Below are positions 1 to 11,639 of a stretch of 64,000 nt of DNA, piece by piece (within the stretch, counting starts at the first letter, position 1; every line of letters begins with the position of its first letter). The stretch comes from Yuukianura sp. NJ FZ-2021 (lineage: Eukaryota), in NCBI GenBank assembly GCA_046563655.1, contig CM102288.1, positions 2,666,001-2,730,000 of the forward strand. Direction: 5' to 3'. The notes below the pieces were generated by a model. The model searched no databases, was not told the DNA's origin, and saw only the letters and a list, made by a program, of their open reading frames with translations. Position numbers and translations under genes: made by a program.

Positions 1-2257
1 AGGCAAGGGAAAGAGACATAATAGGATGAAATTTTAATGTTCAACAGATCTCCAAAACCAGTTCCAAGTCCCCAAACCTAACTTTAGACTGTACAAGAGG
101 CCTTGTACAAGTATAACTTGAAGGACTTCGTTTTTACTCCTTTGGCAAAGGGACCCTGGGCCCTTTGTTCTCTTCCTTAAGACCTTCTTTTCCCAAAGTA
201 CAAAATCTATAATTCAGTGCGTGTAGAATAAGGAAGAAGAGGCTCAAAAAGAGGACAACTGGGTCATAAATTATGGTCGAGCAAAGCTTCCAGTTCCAGG
301 TTTTTCCAGCGCTTCAGCGTTCCAGCCAAGAAGCTGAAACTGGAAGTACTGGCAGCATCAGGGCTAGCCTAGGGAGCCTTCTTGTAGGATTTGATGATGA
401 GGCAAGGGCCCTTCGGGAATAGAAGGGGCCTTATTCCTAATTGGGAAAGTTGATGGAGAGTTTTTAGGTTTTGCAAAACCGAGTACAAGTCCGCGAGTTC
501 GTAACTCACAAGCTGAACTGTACAAAAAAACAGTAATGCGAAATGCTAAGGCAAACAAATTGGAGAATGTAAGGCAGGGATCATCCCTTCACATCCGTCA
601 TAAGTCTACAAGTCTACCTTTTCACCATAGCTTTTCACAAACTTAAATTCTACCTTTATACAATCTTGTTCCAAAGTAACCAAAAAAAGAGAAAAATTGC
701 AAGCATCAGTAAGTTTTAGTTGAAGAAAATTTTGTGTAAAAAGAAAGTTTTTCAGAGTTTTAAACTTTCACTTGAGAGATTTCAATCATTATCATTCAAT
801 GATTCAAACCAGCAGAAAAAAAAACATCCTTTTCCGTATCACTTCGCTTTTCAATTCAGAAAAAAGAAAGTTCCAGCCTAGTTAGTAAATTCGACAAAAA
901 AAAAATCAATTCGACAAAAAACAGAAAAAATGTAGAAAAAAAAATCTTTTTAAACTGTTTTTTCTTCTTTTGCAAAACGCTAAACGAAACGCTAAATTTT
1001 TTCTCAAAACGCTTTCCGCAAAAATTTCAAAATTTCATAAAAGTTAAAGTATAAACTATAAAGTTACTGTCGCGTCGTGTATTAATAGAATTATAGAATT
1101 CAGCGAGAACAAATTTTTTATAAAAACACTTTCTCTGTAAAAACTGAACTGGTGTTTGACGACAAGTCTTTTAAAAAAAATTAAAAAACTAATGTGGATT
1201 ATTTCTTGGAAAAAAAAATAGAGTAGAATTTTTGGTTCTGAGAATCAAAAATCTAATTTTTTTTTGAAACAGAAAAAGCCATCATTCCTTGCAGTCCTCT
1301 GGACTTTTTTTAAACTTTATAAAATTGATTTCGTACAGCTCTTTTAAAATCCTCGAAATTGTTGAATTCACTTGTAACGCTCAGCACAGCACTAGCTAAC
1401 TGAAGTTGCGAAAAAACTACTAATTATTCAAATCTATTCCTGCAAATTCAGAGTCACGTTCTCACACGTCCTTTTTCTAGAAAGCAGTTGCTAGAGCGAA
1501 ACTAGGTTTTCCAGCGCTAGCTATCTAGTTAGCGCTGTTTTTTTATCCAACGCTTCTGTTGCTTCCTCTAAAAGCCCAGCACGTAGACAACCCAAAAACC
1601 TTGCAGCATGGCCCACCCATGATACTAACTTACTCCAATTCCCTTTGTATGTAGACTAAAAAACGACCAGTGGAACACTCCCTGGAGATCTCCGTTGCTA
1701 AGCAACTCAGCTTCCAAACACTAATGTCACCCTTAATCTTCACTTCCTCTTTTCAAAAAATCCAAAATCTAAAGTCTCTGTTTTTCTAAGCCACCCACCG
1801 CATGACATGGCTCGAGGCAATTTTCTACTTCCAAAGTCTCACACCTCCTCAGTCCTAAAATCCTAATTATTTTGAATTTCAAAACTTGGCGCTTAGAAAC
1901 ACTTAGGAGTCATTAGGCGGAAGGCTATTAGGGCCAATTAACCTCAAAAACTTTACAGGTGAGTCAGGCGGAAATGAAGTTCAGAAAATTAAACAAAATT
2001 AGACACAAACTTTACGTTTAGTAGCGCCGTAGTGTTTAATCAAGCTAAAAAGCGTTCCACAAAATCAAAATTTCCAAAAACCGAATTTCTGCGGGATAAA
2101 ATTCTATTTCAACTTTTGCAAAATCCATTTGCAGAATCTCCATAAGCCCTTAAGCTGCTCAGTTTGTGTCAAAGTGACGCTTATCTTAAGCTCCCTCCTA
2201 AGAACACCAAGAAGTTCGAAATTTAAAAATTCAAATTCGGGTGACCTTTGACCTTAC

Positions 2258-5200
2258 CATTTTGATCTTGTCTAAATGGAGTTGCCTCTGCAATTTTCTT
2301 TTTCCTTTGCTGAAGTTGGTACTCGGCCATTGACGCACCGGCATCTTCTTCATCTTAAATACAAAATCGGAAGTGAAACTTGTAAAAATCGGAATCTTAC
2401 AAGAAAAACTTCAAAAGTAAAAAAGAAAAACTAAAGTTTTCTGTGAGAACCAAAAGTATTGAAGATATCTAAACCCATCAGGAGAAAGTTTTGGATTTTC
2501 CCCCGGAAAAGCACAAGTTCTCTTGTCAAAACTTTCCCGCAGCAGTCGACAAGCGAAACGAAGCAGGAGAAAGTGTTACGCAGAAACACTTGATTCTCCA
2601 AAGAAAACTCAAAAACTAAACTAAAAAAAATGTAACTTTTTTTTTCTAAAAACGTACCCGAATTCTTGAGATTCCCTTTCCCACCATGAACACAACAGTC
2701 ACCACAAAGAGAACACATTGTAGTGACCATCACAGACGAAGGCAGAGGCAACAGCGGATCCGACCATCCGCTTCTAGTGCTAACACAGCCATCATCAACT
2801 TCATCACTCAATCTAGCCTTAAAAGCCCACTCCACTTAGCCTCTTCAAGTTGAGGACGCGGACATGATCTGTGCAATTAATCCTTGGACCGTGTGCGAAA
2901 ACCTTGCAGAATTTTTTGCAACTTTCAGGATCCTGTCAAACTACTCTCGCCTCCCTAATAACTTAACTCTAACTTACTAAAAACCTAACTTAAAAAACTG
3001 TCAAGCTCAAACTTTGCTACTTTTGAGCTCCAACCTTGCTATTTTTTACTTCAACTTACACCTAAACCTGGACTCTGAGCTGCTCCCTACACGAGCTCTC
3101 CCTCCTACTAACTGAAAAGTGGTTCAACTTCTACTATCCTGCCAGTACAAAGTTAGGTTTTGAGGCAGCACACTTTACCAAGAGAAGAAGAAACTCCAAC
3201 TGCGAATCCTTGCGAATAATCGCATGCGTCAGATAGAATGCCAATAAAGTCTCCTTTCTCTTGCTACGCTTTCTCTTCCCTCAAAAAGCACTTGTTACAG
3301 TTAAGAGAAAATTCCCAAGGAGAAAGTCGCAGGAAGACAAGAAGCAACTCACGGGGAAGTTTAGGCAGAGATGTTTACAGGCAAAACTCAAGCACTATGT
3401 GGTTATGTTAGGTTTTAGTGGTGGTGGGGCAAAGTGGAACTGTTTTTGGTGGACATCGACCCACCAAAAAACTGACAATGACCAATGAGGTTGTCACCCA
3501 ATAAGGAAAGTGACAGGCAGTGGAGAGGGGGAAAGCAGGGGCGGTGTACATTTGGAAATTTGGTTGTTGACTTTTGGTATTCTTCGTTGAAATGCTCTTG
3601 GGAAGAGAAAGTAACGGCGAGAGAAAGTTCTAATTTCCTTGCGTTTCGTTTTCCACGTGCTTCGAAAGACAAATCTAAGCAATTAAGAGGAAACGGGATC
3701 GATTCCACTTTCACTTTATTCAGAGAACCAGAGAGAAAGCAAAGATGCGGAACTAAGGACACTCCAAAAGGAAACAAAATTACGAAAAACCTAAGATTCC
3801 AGTCTGTTTAGCTTCTAATATGAACCAAAACGAGGAATTTGCAATAAAACCAAAAATTAATAAATTCTTGTTAAGGTCAAAGGTCAACCTGCAACAATTC
3901 ACTTTCTCATTTGCCTTAATCCTGAATGTAAACCTGAAAAACACAATTTTCACAGTTTTTCCTGCCACGGAAAATTTAAAGCGGCGTCAAACACAATCAT
4001 GAAATTCAAAAACTTTTGATTTTCTGCTTACTTTGCAAACAAAAAATGTAAACTTCGTTGGATTTTTTCCCCCAAAATTTACATTGTGATTCAGAGTTAG
4101 AGTAAAACAGAATCAAAAGTCAGTTTGTAAAATCAACAAGAGAAAGTTTGGAATGCTCTGCTGCTTTTTGAATTTGATTTGAGCCGAGAGGGTTTATGAA
4201 AATTATGATTTTCCATTCTGCTACTAATTCCCAGATGCCCAATGTCTGAAAATCTTCGTGTAGGAGAGCAGAGATGCAGAAGGGGAATTAGATTTTAGTT
4301 TTCAGTTTCAATTGAGAAAGGTTCCTCATCACTTTCACTTGACTGTTTTCACTTCAGACAGCCCCTAGCCTAACCAAACCTAACTTAATGAACTCTGACA
4401 GTACAGCTGCCAGTAGTGTTGGACTACACAATAGGAATTAATCAAGTCAACATCTCCATTCAAAAGACTTCTGCCCTCTGCTTCCATTTCTGTGACATTT
4501 TCTTAAAAACTTTCAAAAATCTCAACTTCAAAATTTAGGTTATTTTATTTATTTTATTTAGCAAAATTTGGATTTGGCTAACCGCGTATTGAGGAATTGT
4601 CGCCAATTTCTTTTTAAGTAAAATTTTGACGGACTTTTGTTTCCCAGCTTGTTTCATATTTTTAAGACATTTTCATTTTCAAAAAGTTTTGGATTTTGAA
4701 ACTGCCAGAACGGAAAAGGGATAGACTTGGAAGGAAGTGGAGTGCTGTAGGAGAGGAAAGGCAAAAGGAAGTTTTCTAAAGAACTTTTTAGGACAAAACC
4801 GTATCAAAAAGTGACACTATCCACAGGAGTGACAAATTCACCTTAACTTTACGAGAGTTGTCTAAACTTTTTTTTTCTAAAAAACTAGGACAAGTAAGAC
4901 ATCTCCTTAATTGTTTGTCACACCTACAGCCACTTACACTAACCAACGAACCACAATCTACACTTTTCACCTGTCAAATCTCATTCCAAACAAATTCGCG
5001 TCAAATTAAGAGCAACAAATCCCCAATCTCCATCATGTCAATTTTCATTACTTACACAAAATTTAGAAACTTGCAGCCTCCAAAATTGGTTTTCACCTTT
5101 TGTTCCAAAATTTGAAAAATTCAGAAAATTTTAATGTAGAAATTTAAAATTTTAAGCTCCTCCTCCGTAATACACAGCATTTCAAAAAGAACTACAAACC

Positions 5201-8200
5201 TGGGCAGCACTTTACATGTAACATTAAAAATTTTGATACAAAATTCTGAAAATTCCGTTGTTCAAAAAAGAATGAGGTGTTAAAAATTCAGAAACTATAT
5301 CTAGGAAGAACTTCAACGCGTGTACGCAGTTGAGTTTGAAACTTGAGGCCGTGTGTGAACTTTGACCTTAAAATTGAGTTTGGTGTACATATAATAGTTA
5401 CTCCCTGTAAACTTTGTAAATCTCAAGGGAAGTAAGTTAGGAGCCTCAGGGAATGTAAGAAGTTTAGGAGCTTGTACAAGATCCTAGTTTCAAAAAACTA
5501 AAAAAACAGTGCAGGGAGAGATGATCATTAAGACAAAAAGGACGCAGGGAACGAAGATGAAACAAAAAGAAAATTGAATCCAACTTTCTCCACACTCTGC
5601 ACCAGTTTTACCGAAATTTCAAAGGAAAACAGGAGGAATTCTCTTTCTCTCGTACCGAATTTCCTTTTTGCGTAAACGAAAACCCGTTTTTCGAAACGTG
5701 AAAAGGTAACTTAAATTTTCCCAGAAGCTTTGTAAGGAAATCCCAGGAGTCTTACTATTATTTGCGAAAATAGAGAAAGTAAATCCAAAGGTGTTTTTAA
5801 ATTTAGTTATAGCCACATTCAATTATAACTTGATGTTTCTTTATTTCTCCATTTGTTCTGTATTAAAATTTGAACAAATGGAGAAAGCTTTAACTTGGAA
5901 ATTCAATTCCGCCTAAGTCACAGTACAAGAAAAGAGTCATTAATATTTCCTTTCCTTTCAAATCATATGTCTTATTTTATCCAAAATGTTAGCCTAGCCA
6001 GCTTACCTAACAACATAACGTGAACGTACACTAACGACGCAATCCGTGACAGCCTAAAGCAAAAGCAAAAACACCATACAACCTTGAAATTTTGTTAGAC
6101 TAAAAGTCAAAATTAGGAATTAATCGCTGTAGTTCAGTTGGAAGTATTAATTTCAAATTTTACGTGTCTGATTAGTTTGAAATTGTCTTGGATTAGGCTA
6201 GTTGCAGCTACAAAAAAAAACCAACTTGCTCATTCTCAGTACTAGAGAAAGAAAATTTTTTACCTTTTCACTCTAGAAAAAAACTTCTCTCCAGAAAAAA
6301 AAATTCTACTTTCTCTTCATTCTCAGAAAAAGAAAATTGTCAATTGTCGTGTGCGGTTTTTGCGGCTTAACTTTGAGCTGGAATTGATTTTTTCGTACGT
6401 TTTTGTTAAAAAAGAGACAGGAGAAAGCGTGTCTCTGTCTATAGAGGCCTGGAGAAAAGACAATTACTGGGAAAAAACCAAGGATAGACGGAAAAAGACA
6501 TAAACAAATGGAAGACCATTTCTCAACTGGAAGAGGACAACTACATCACACAACAAAAGAAACCATTTCCAAAAGCAACTTCACTAAAACATACACAAAG
6601 AACAATGAAATCCTCCTGGAAAGTGTCAATTACGAATCCGTGCGAAAGCTACTACTAGAGTAGTAACTTCTAAGGGAAAAAAAGACAAAAGAAAAATCTT
6701 TTGTGTCAAAGATCAACCTCATCATCTGCCTCTGTGCGCCTTTTGTAGTACAAATCGAGAAAACAAATCGAATTTTAACAAAATTGGAACAAAATATTTG
6801 TACACAAAATTAAAAAAATTTTTTTTTTGTTAAACACGAGAAACGTCCCAAAAAGTAAGACTGCAAAAACTTTTTCGAACCCAAAGTTTCTGCACAGTTC
6901 ATATACCGTTATTTTTGAAAACGACACCAAAGTTATTCAATTTCAGAAAACATTTATCAAAAAACACCTTCCAATTTTTCAAAAAAAAAATCCCTCCCTC
7001 GTGAATTTTGATATAAATTTTTGAAAACATACCATAACAAAATGCCAGGCTTATGTTTTTGAGCTTCTGAAAGCATTATGAGACCTCATGTCAAGGGAAT
7101 TTGAAAGCCGTTTTTCTCTTCATGAAAAATGTTCCTTTCACTTTTCTTTTTTGAAATTGGAACTTTCTCACCTGGAAAACCCGCTTTTGTTTCGTTTTCC
7201 TGCCACCGTGACCTCTATAACCGTATCTTCTCAGCCCAGTGTTACCCGGTTTTCCGTTTTTACGCTCCAAGGGCTTACACTTAAGTAAGCCAAACAAAAA
7301 AAATAACATGACTTACGAATCATCCCCCGCGGACTTCCATCTCTCTCAAGTTTCTTCTTGAGCGAATGAAGGAGGATCGGTGAGTGTGTTGTTCCAGCAG
7401 TAGTACTTGTTCGTTTTCCAGCCAATGGGGATTTCACGACAGGAATGAAAGTACTGCGTGTGCTGGATGATACTGGCCCAGTTTTTCCATTAAGCCTCGG
7501 TGACCCTGTTGACCTTTCTCTCTGGCGAAGTAATGAAGATCTCCTTAGGGTATAAGAACCACTAGTTGGATTCTGCTTCCTGCTGCTGTAGTGCCCATTA
7601 CTTCCTCGTCCAACGTTACTTACGGATCGAACGAGCGTTGGACTCTTGAGTTCAGTCGTGCCCGTTGTCCTTAGAATTTGTGGACTGAGGCTTCGGGATC
7701 GCTTGAGCTGGTGAAGCGGAGGCGGAACTCTGGAACGAATCTAATGAAATATTTAAATTCACAGTACTTTCACCAACCCACTTTCTCTTATAGCCAAAAA
7801 GTTCCTGGAGGCCTCAAATTCCTCTCTACTATGTACGTAGACTCTCAAATTACAGTCCTAGAAATAACAATTCCTACAGCTACAATTTCTACTTTTCGGA
7901 AACCTTTCTACTTTCTAGTTAAGTTGTTTGGAAATGCGGAAGTGATATGGAGGTTGTCGCATTTTGAAAACCTCAAATACAATTACTATTATTCACGTCT
8001 CCAAAAACTCATTTCAATTTTTAAGCCTCACATAATACCCTGCGGAAGCTCAGTAAATCAAACTATGTGCTTCAAACCAACAACGATTTGGTGAAAATTT
8101 AAAAAGTTTTTGATGAAGAAGAAGAGGTGGATCCCAAAATTCAAACACTTTCTCCCCACGTTTCATTTTTCAAACGATTTCCAATTTCGATGTGGAAAAA

Positions 8201-9555
8201 TCGAAGTGCATAACCTATAAGTCGGAGAATTTAGAAAATTCGATTCCGGGCAACTCTACTTTTGGATTTGTCTTCAAAACACTTTCGCATTTTCCAATCA
8301 AAATTTGAAAATTTGACAATTTCAAATTGAAATGTATAGGTCAAAGGTGAACATCGGGAAAAAAGCCAGAACAATAGGGACCAATGCCGTACAGACGTTT
8401 GAACAAAAAATTGAATTTTTTGAACAAAGACCCAATCAAAAAATTTCAGTTGGCTCCGAAGCTAGTTTTCAATGTTTTCATTTTGCGAAAAGATTAATTT
8501 GGGAAGTTCCTTTTTTTTTAAACTTTTCAAAAATGTTACGTAACTCCTCTAATTTTGAGGTTTAAAGGCGGCTTTACACTAAAGCGAAAGGATTTGCGGC
8601 ACTTTGATGTTGCTCTCAAAGTGGTTTCTGCTGGATTAGAGTTTGACTTTCACTATGCAGTAAGTGGAGGCCTTAAGGGCCTGCGAAGGGAGTGACATTT
8701 GAGGGTCTCCTGTCACCACTCTTATGACCACTTCAGAGACTCAGGATCAAATCTGAATCCTCAGAGACTCATCTTCCAAAAGGAAGGAACCACAGGAATT
8801 CTCCATTATGTTGCCTACACCCTCCTTTGTCCATTTCTATTCAGAAGAGAAAGCAATAAGGGCTCAAAGTGCTCTTCCTGCCTAATCTCCACCTTCAAAA
8901 TCCCTACACGTTCTTCCTAAAGTATCAACAAACAAATAAAACGTCTAACACACCTAACAAACCCAAGACTAAAAAACATAGCCTAACCTTGAACAGAGAG
9001 TTGGGAGTAAGAGTAGACCACAGCAAGGTCACAGGTTACCGTGCAAATACGGAACTGTCGACAGGTATTGAAGAATTTCAGTATACCGAAGAATACAAAA
9101 TATTGAGTGACTTACTTGTTCTGCATTGATGACATAGCTGGACCGATCTTGCTGCTGAACTTGAATTCCCCGAATTTGACGGACGCTGAGCGGTACGCTT
9201 CTGATTTGGGCCAACGTCAAAGACCCTGGCGGAATAGTGACAGTTTCAGGAGAGAAAGTACGTCGACTCCGCCGAAGGACGTTAGGGTGATACGTTTCTC
9301 TTAGGCCGTAGTGACCTCTAGAGCTCAAGCACTTGGCATGTCGCAGTTGACCCGAAGTCTTTGACGGTGTGACGACACTTTCTTCTGGACCAGTGGACTT
9401 AGATCCAACAGAACTACCAGTGGCAGGCCTAGAGTAAAAATTGAATTGTAGACATTTTCAGAACACATGAAGAAAAACAACAAAAACTCGTCAAGAACTG
9501 CCAAAGATGTTACTAACCTCATCACTGATTTGATCCGTTTATAGCAGGCTTTCAT
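2258..9555 (-). CDS. Unidentified protein, long N-terminal isoform, 5' part only (gene continues past the window start). Exons 9555-9518, 9428-9116, 7740-7317, 2353-2258
   Basis: AAAA-ATG at 9555, GT-AG junctions with consistent phases (2,0,1,1) and an uninterrupted frame: MKACYKRIKSVMR/PATGSSVGSK...SYVINAEQ/IRSRVPPPLHQLKRSRSLSPQ...RDGSPRGMI/HEEDAGASMAEYQLQQRKKKIAEATPFRQDQN. S/R/P/T-rich and probably disordered. No domain recognised. Probable 5' UTR exons at ~10290-10171, 10075-9992 and 9854-9556. Confidence 0.6.
2658..2730 (-). CDS. Alternative short Cys-rich first coding exon of the same unidentified gene (MVTTMCSLCGDCCVHGGKGNLKNS)
   Basis: Acceptor tttgacAG at 2934-2933, in-frame stop upstream of the ATG, and a phase-1 donor G|GTACGT at 2658/2657 that matches the phase-1 acceptor of shared exon 2353-2258. 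Confidence 0.55.
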
Positions 9556-11639
9556 TTTTCAGTTGACTCCAGGAATACTTACAAAATTGAGAATTGATGG
9601 CAGCGGCAGCAATGGTGAGAATATACTAACTCATGTGCTACGTCCTCTTGATGTAACAATTTGTGGCCCTGTGGATCCCTCCGAGTTCACTTGTCAACTG
9701 AAGTTGTTGTCTTTGAAGGATCTGCCTTAAAATCAGTTGAAATGCGGGAGAGGACGGTGTAACAATGGAGCTCAACAATGGACTCCCTCATCCAACAATG
9801 GTCGGGACGATCTTCCAAGTATTTACGGTTCCTCCGCCCAACTAAACGCTGCCCCTGTCATGAAAAACATTTCTCATGTAAACAAGTTAGCAGAATTTCT
9901 CACACCAATTCTAAACACTAGTAGGATCACAATTACCCTTTAAATCGATCTTGTTTTTCATCCACAACGTTAACAAACATGGAATACTTACATGGATTGC
10001 CAGTTTACAGGAGCTCCTCATTGCACCTTCCACCCAGTAATTGCTCGGTTCAATTTCAACTTCAATTTCCTCCGACTGCAAAAATTTCAATTGAATAACA
10101 CAAAAAATCCAATCTTGAACACTGTAATTTAAAAGATGATTAGAATTCGAGCATGTAAAGTTATACGTACCTTAAAAAGTAAGCAGAAAGCAAGAGCCAC
10201 ACTGCGTTCAAGGGTCAACACGCAGCCTCTTTAGTTTGCCCTCAAAATTCCACTGTTTACGACCCTACCACTTCCACTTTTCACTTTTTTATACCACATC
10301 ACACTGTTTGAACACAAATTTTTCAAAATTTGAACAAGTTTTCGAAATTTTAAAACACAAAACCAGATTTTGAAACAGAAGGAATGTTCACAAGCTCATT
10401 ATTCCTTTGTGTTTTGTTTACGTTTTCCTTTTTTGAAAGTCTCAAATTCCCGCCTACAGGAAATTCGAAGAAAATTGAAACTTGGGAAACTTGAGACAAA
10501 ATCTGCGTGAGAAATCTTTTTGAAACAATAACGTAAAAAATACAAAAAAAATTGAAAATTCCAAAAAATTTCAAAATTCAATACAAACGAGTATCAATTT
10601 GTGGTTTTTGGTTTCCTAATTTCCAAATCTTAAATATGTTGATTTTGATGTTTCTTCAAAATCATGTGGTTACATTTTACAATTGCATTGTAACCTCGAC
10701 CTCTTTTGTGGTTCTGCCTAACTGCCCAAAATATGGGTGAGGTCAAAGGTCACCCAAAATTTGTACCTTAAATTACAAATTGAAAAAATACAAGAATAGG
10801 AAGGTGGAGCTTCCTGTCAACCTTAATTACAAATTACAAAAATCCTCGTACTAACTCCCTACTTAATTGCCTCTCATTCACAAATTCAACTTCTCTCACA
10901 AAGTCCGAAATTTCATGAACAATGACGGAAATTCATCAAAACCTAAAAAAACACTCCCATTTTAAAAACTTCACCAGAAATCGTGAGAACTCCAAAATTT
11001 GTTGTCCAAATTGTGAATTTGTTTACTATTTTTTTTTAATTTGCAATTTTGCAAAGATTAAAGTCGTTCTCTCATAATTTTTTGCATATGTGATGATTTT
11101 ATAATTAAGTTTCTTATAATTAAACACGGAATTAGTTAAATATATAATTGGAAACATAAGTAAAACATAATCATTTTTCGTGTACGTTTTGGTGTGTTTT
11201 CTAAGTTATAATTTTTGTTGTTGGGCCTACTGGAATACTGTGTCTCCTCGGTTTCCCATTCTCACTTTCCATTAAATCTAATCTAGTTTTTAGTTATGTA
11301 CAAAGTAATGAAGCCAGAAACTTAAAACTTGTGATTTTTCACTCGTCATTCTCACAGTAGTAGTCAATTTGACAAAAAAAAAGAGGTTGTTGCATAGTTA
11401 ATGTCCCTACGTTCTAAATAAAGTTTTCAGCGCTTCATCATCTAGTCCGTCCTAACTAAAACCTAACCTAAGAGTTACGTTCTTTGAATAATAATAATAG
11501 AATAGTCTCTTGTCACTGTTCCGTCACAAACCAGGGGAGTCTCTGCTTGGCGACCGGTCGACGCAGGACTTTGGAGGTGGAGTTGTACAGAGACTAAAGG
11601 CACGACGACGACCGCTGCCGACTGGTCACCCGCTCAAGG

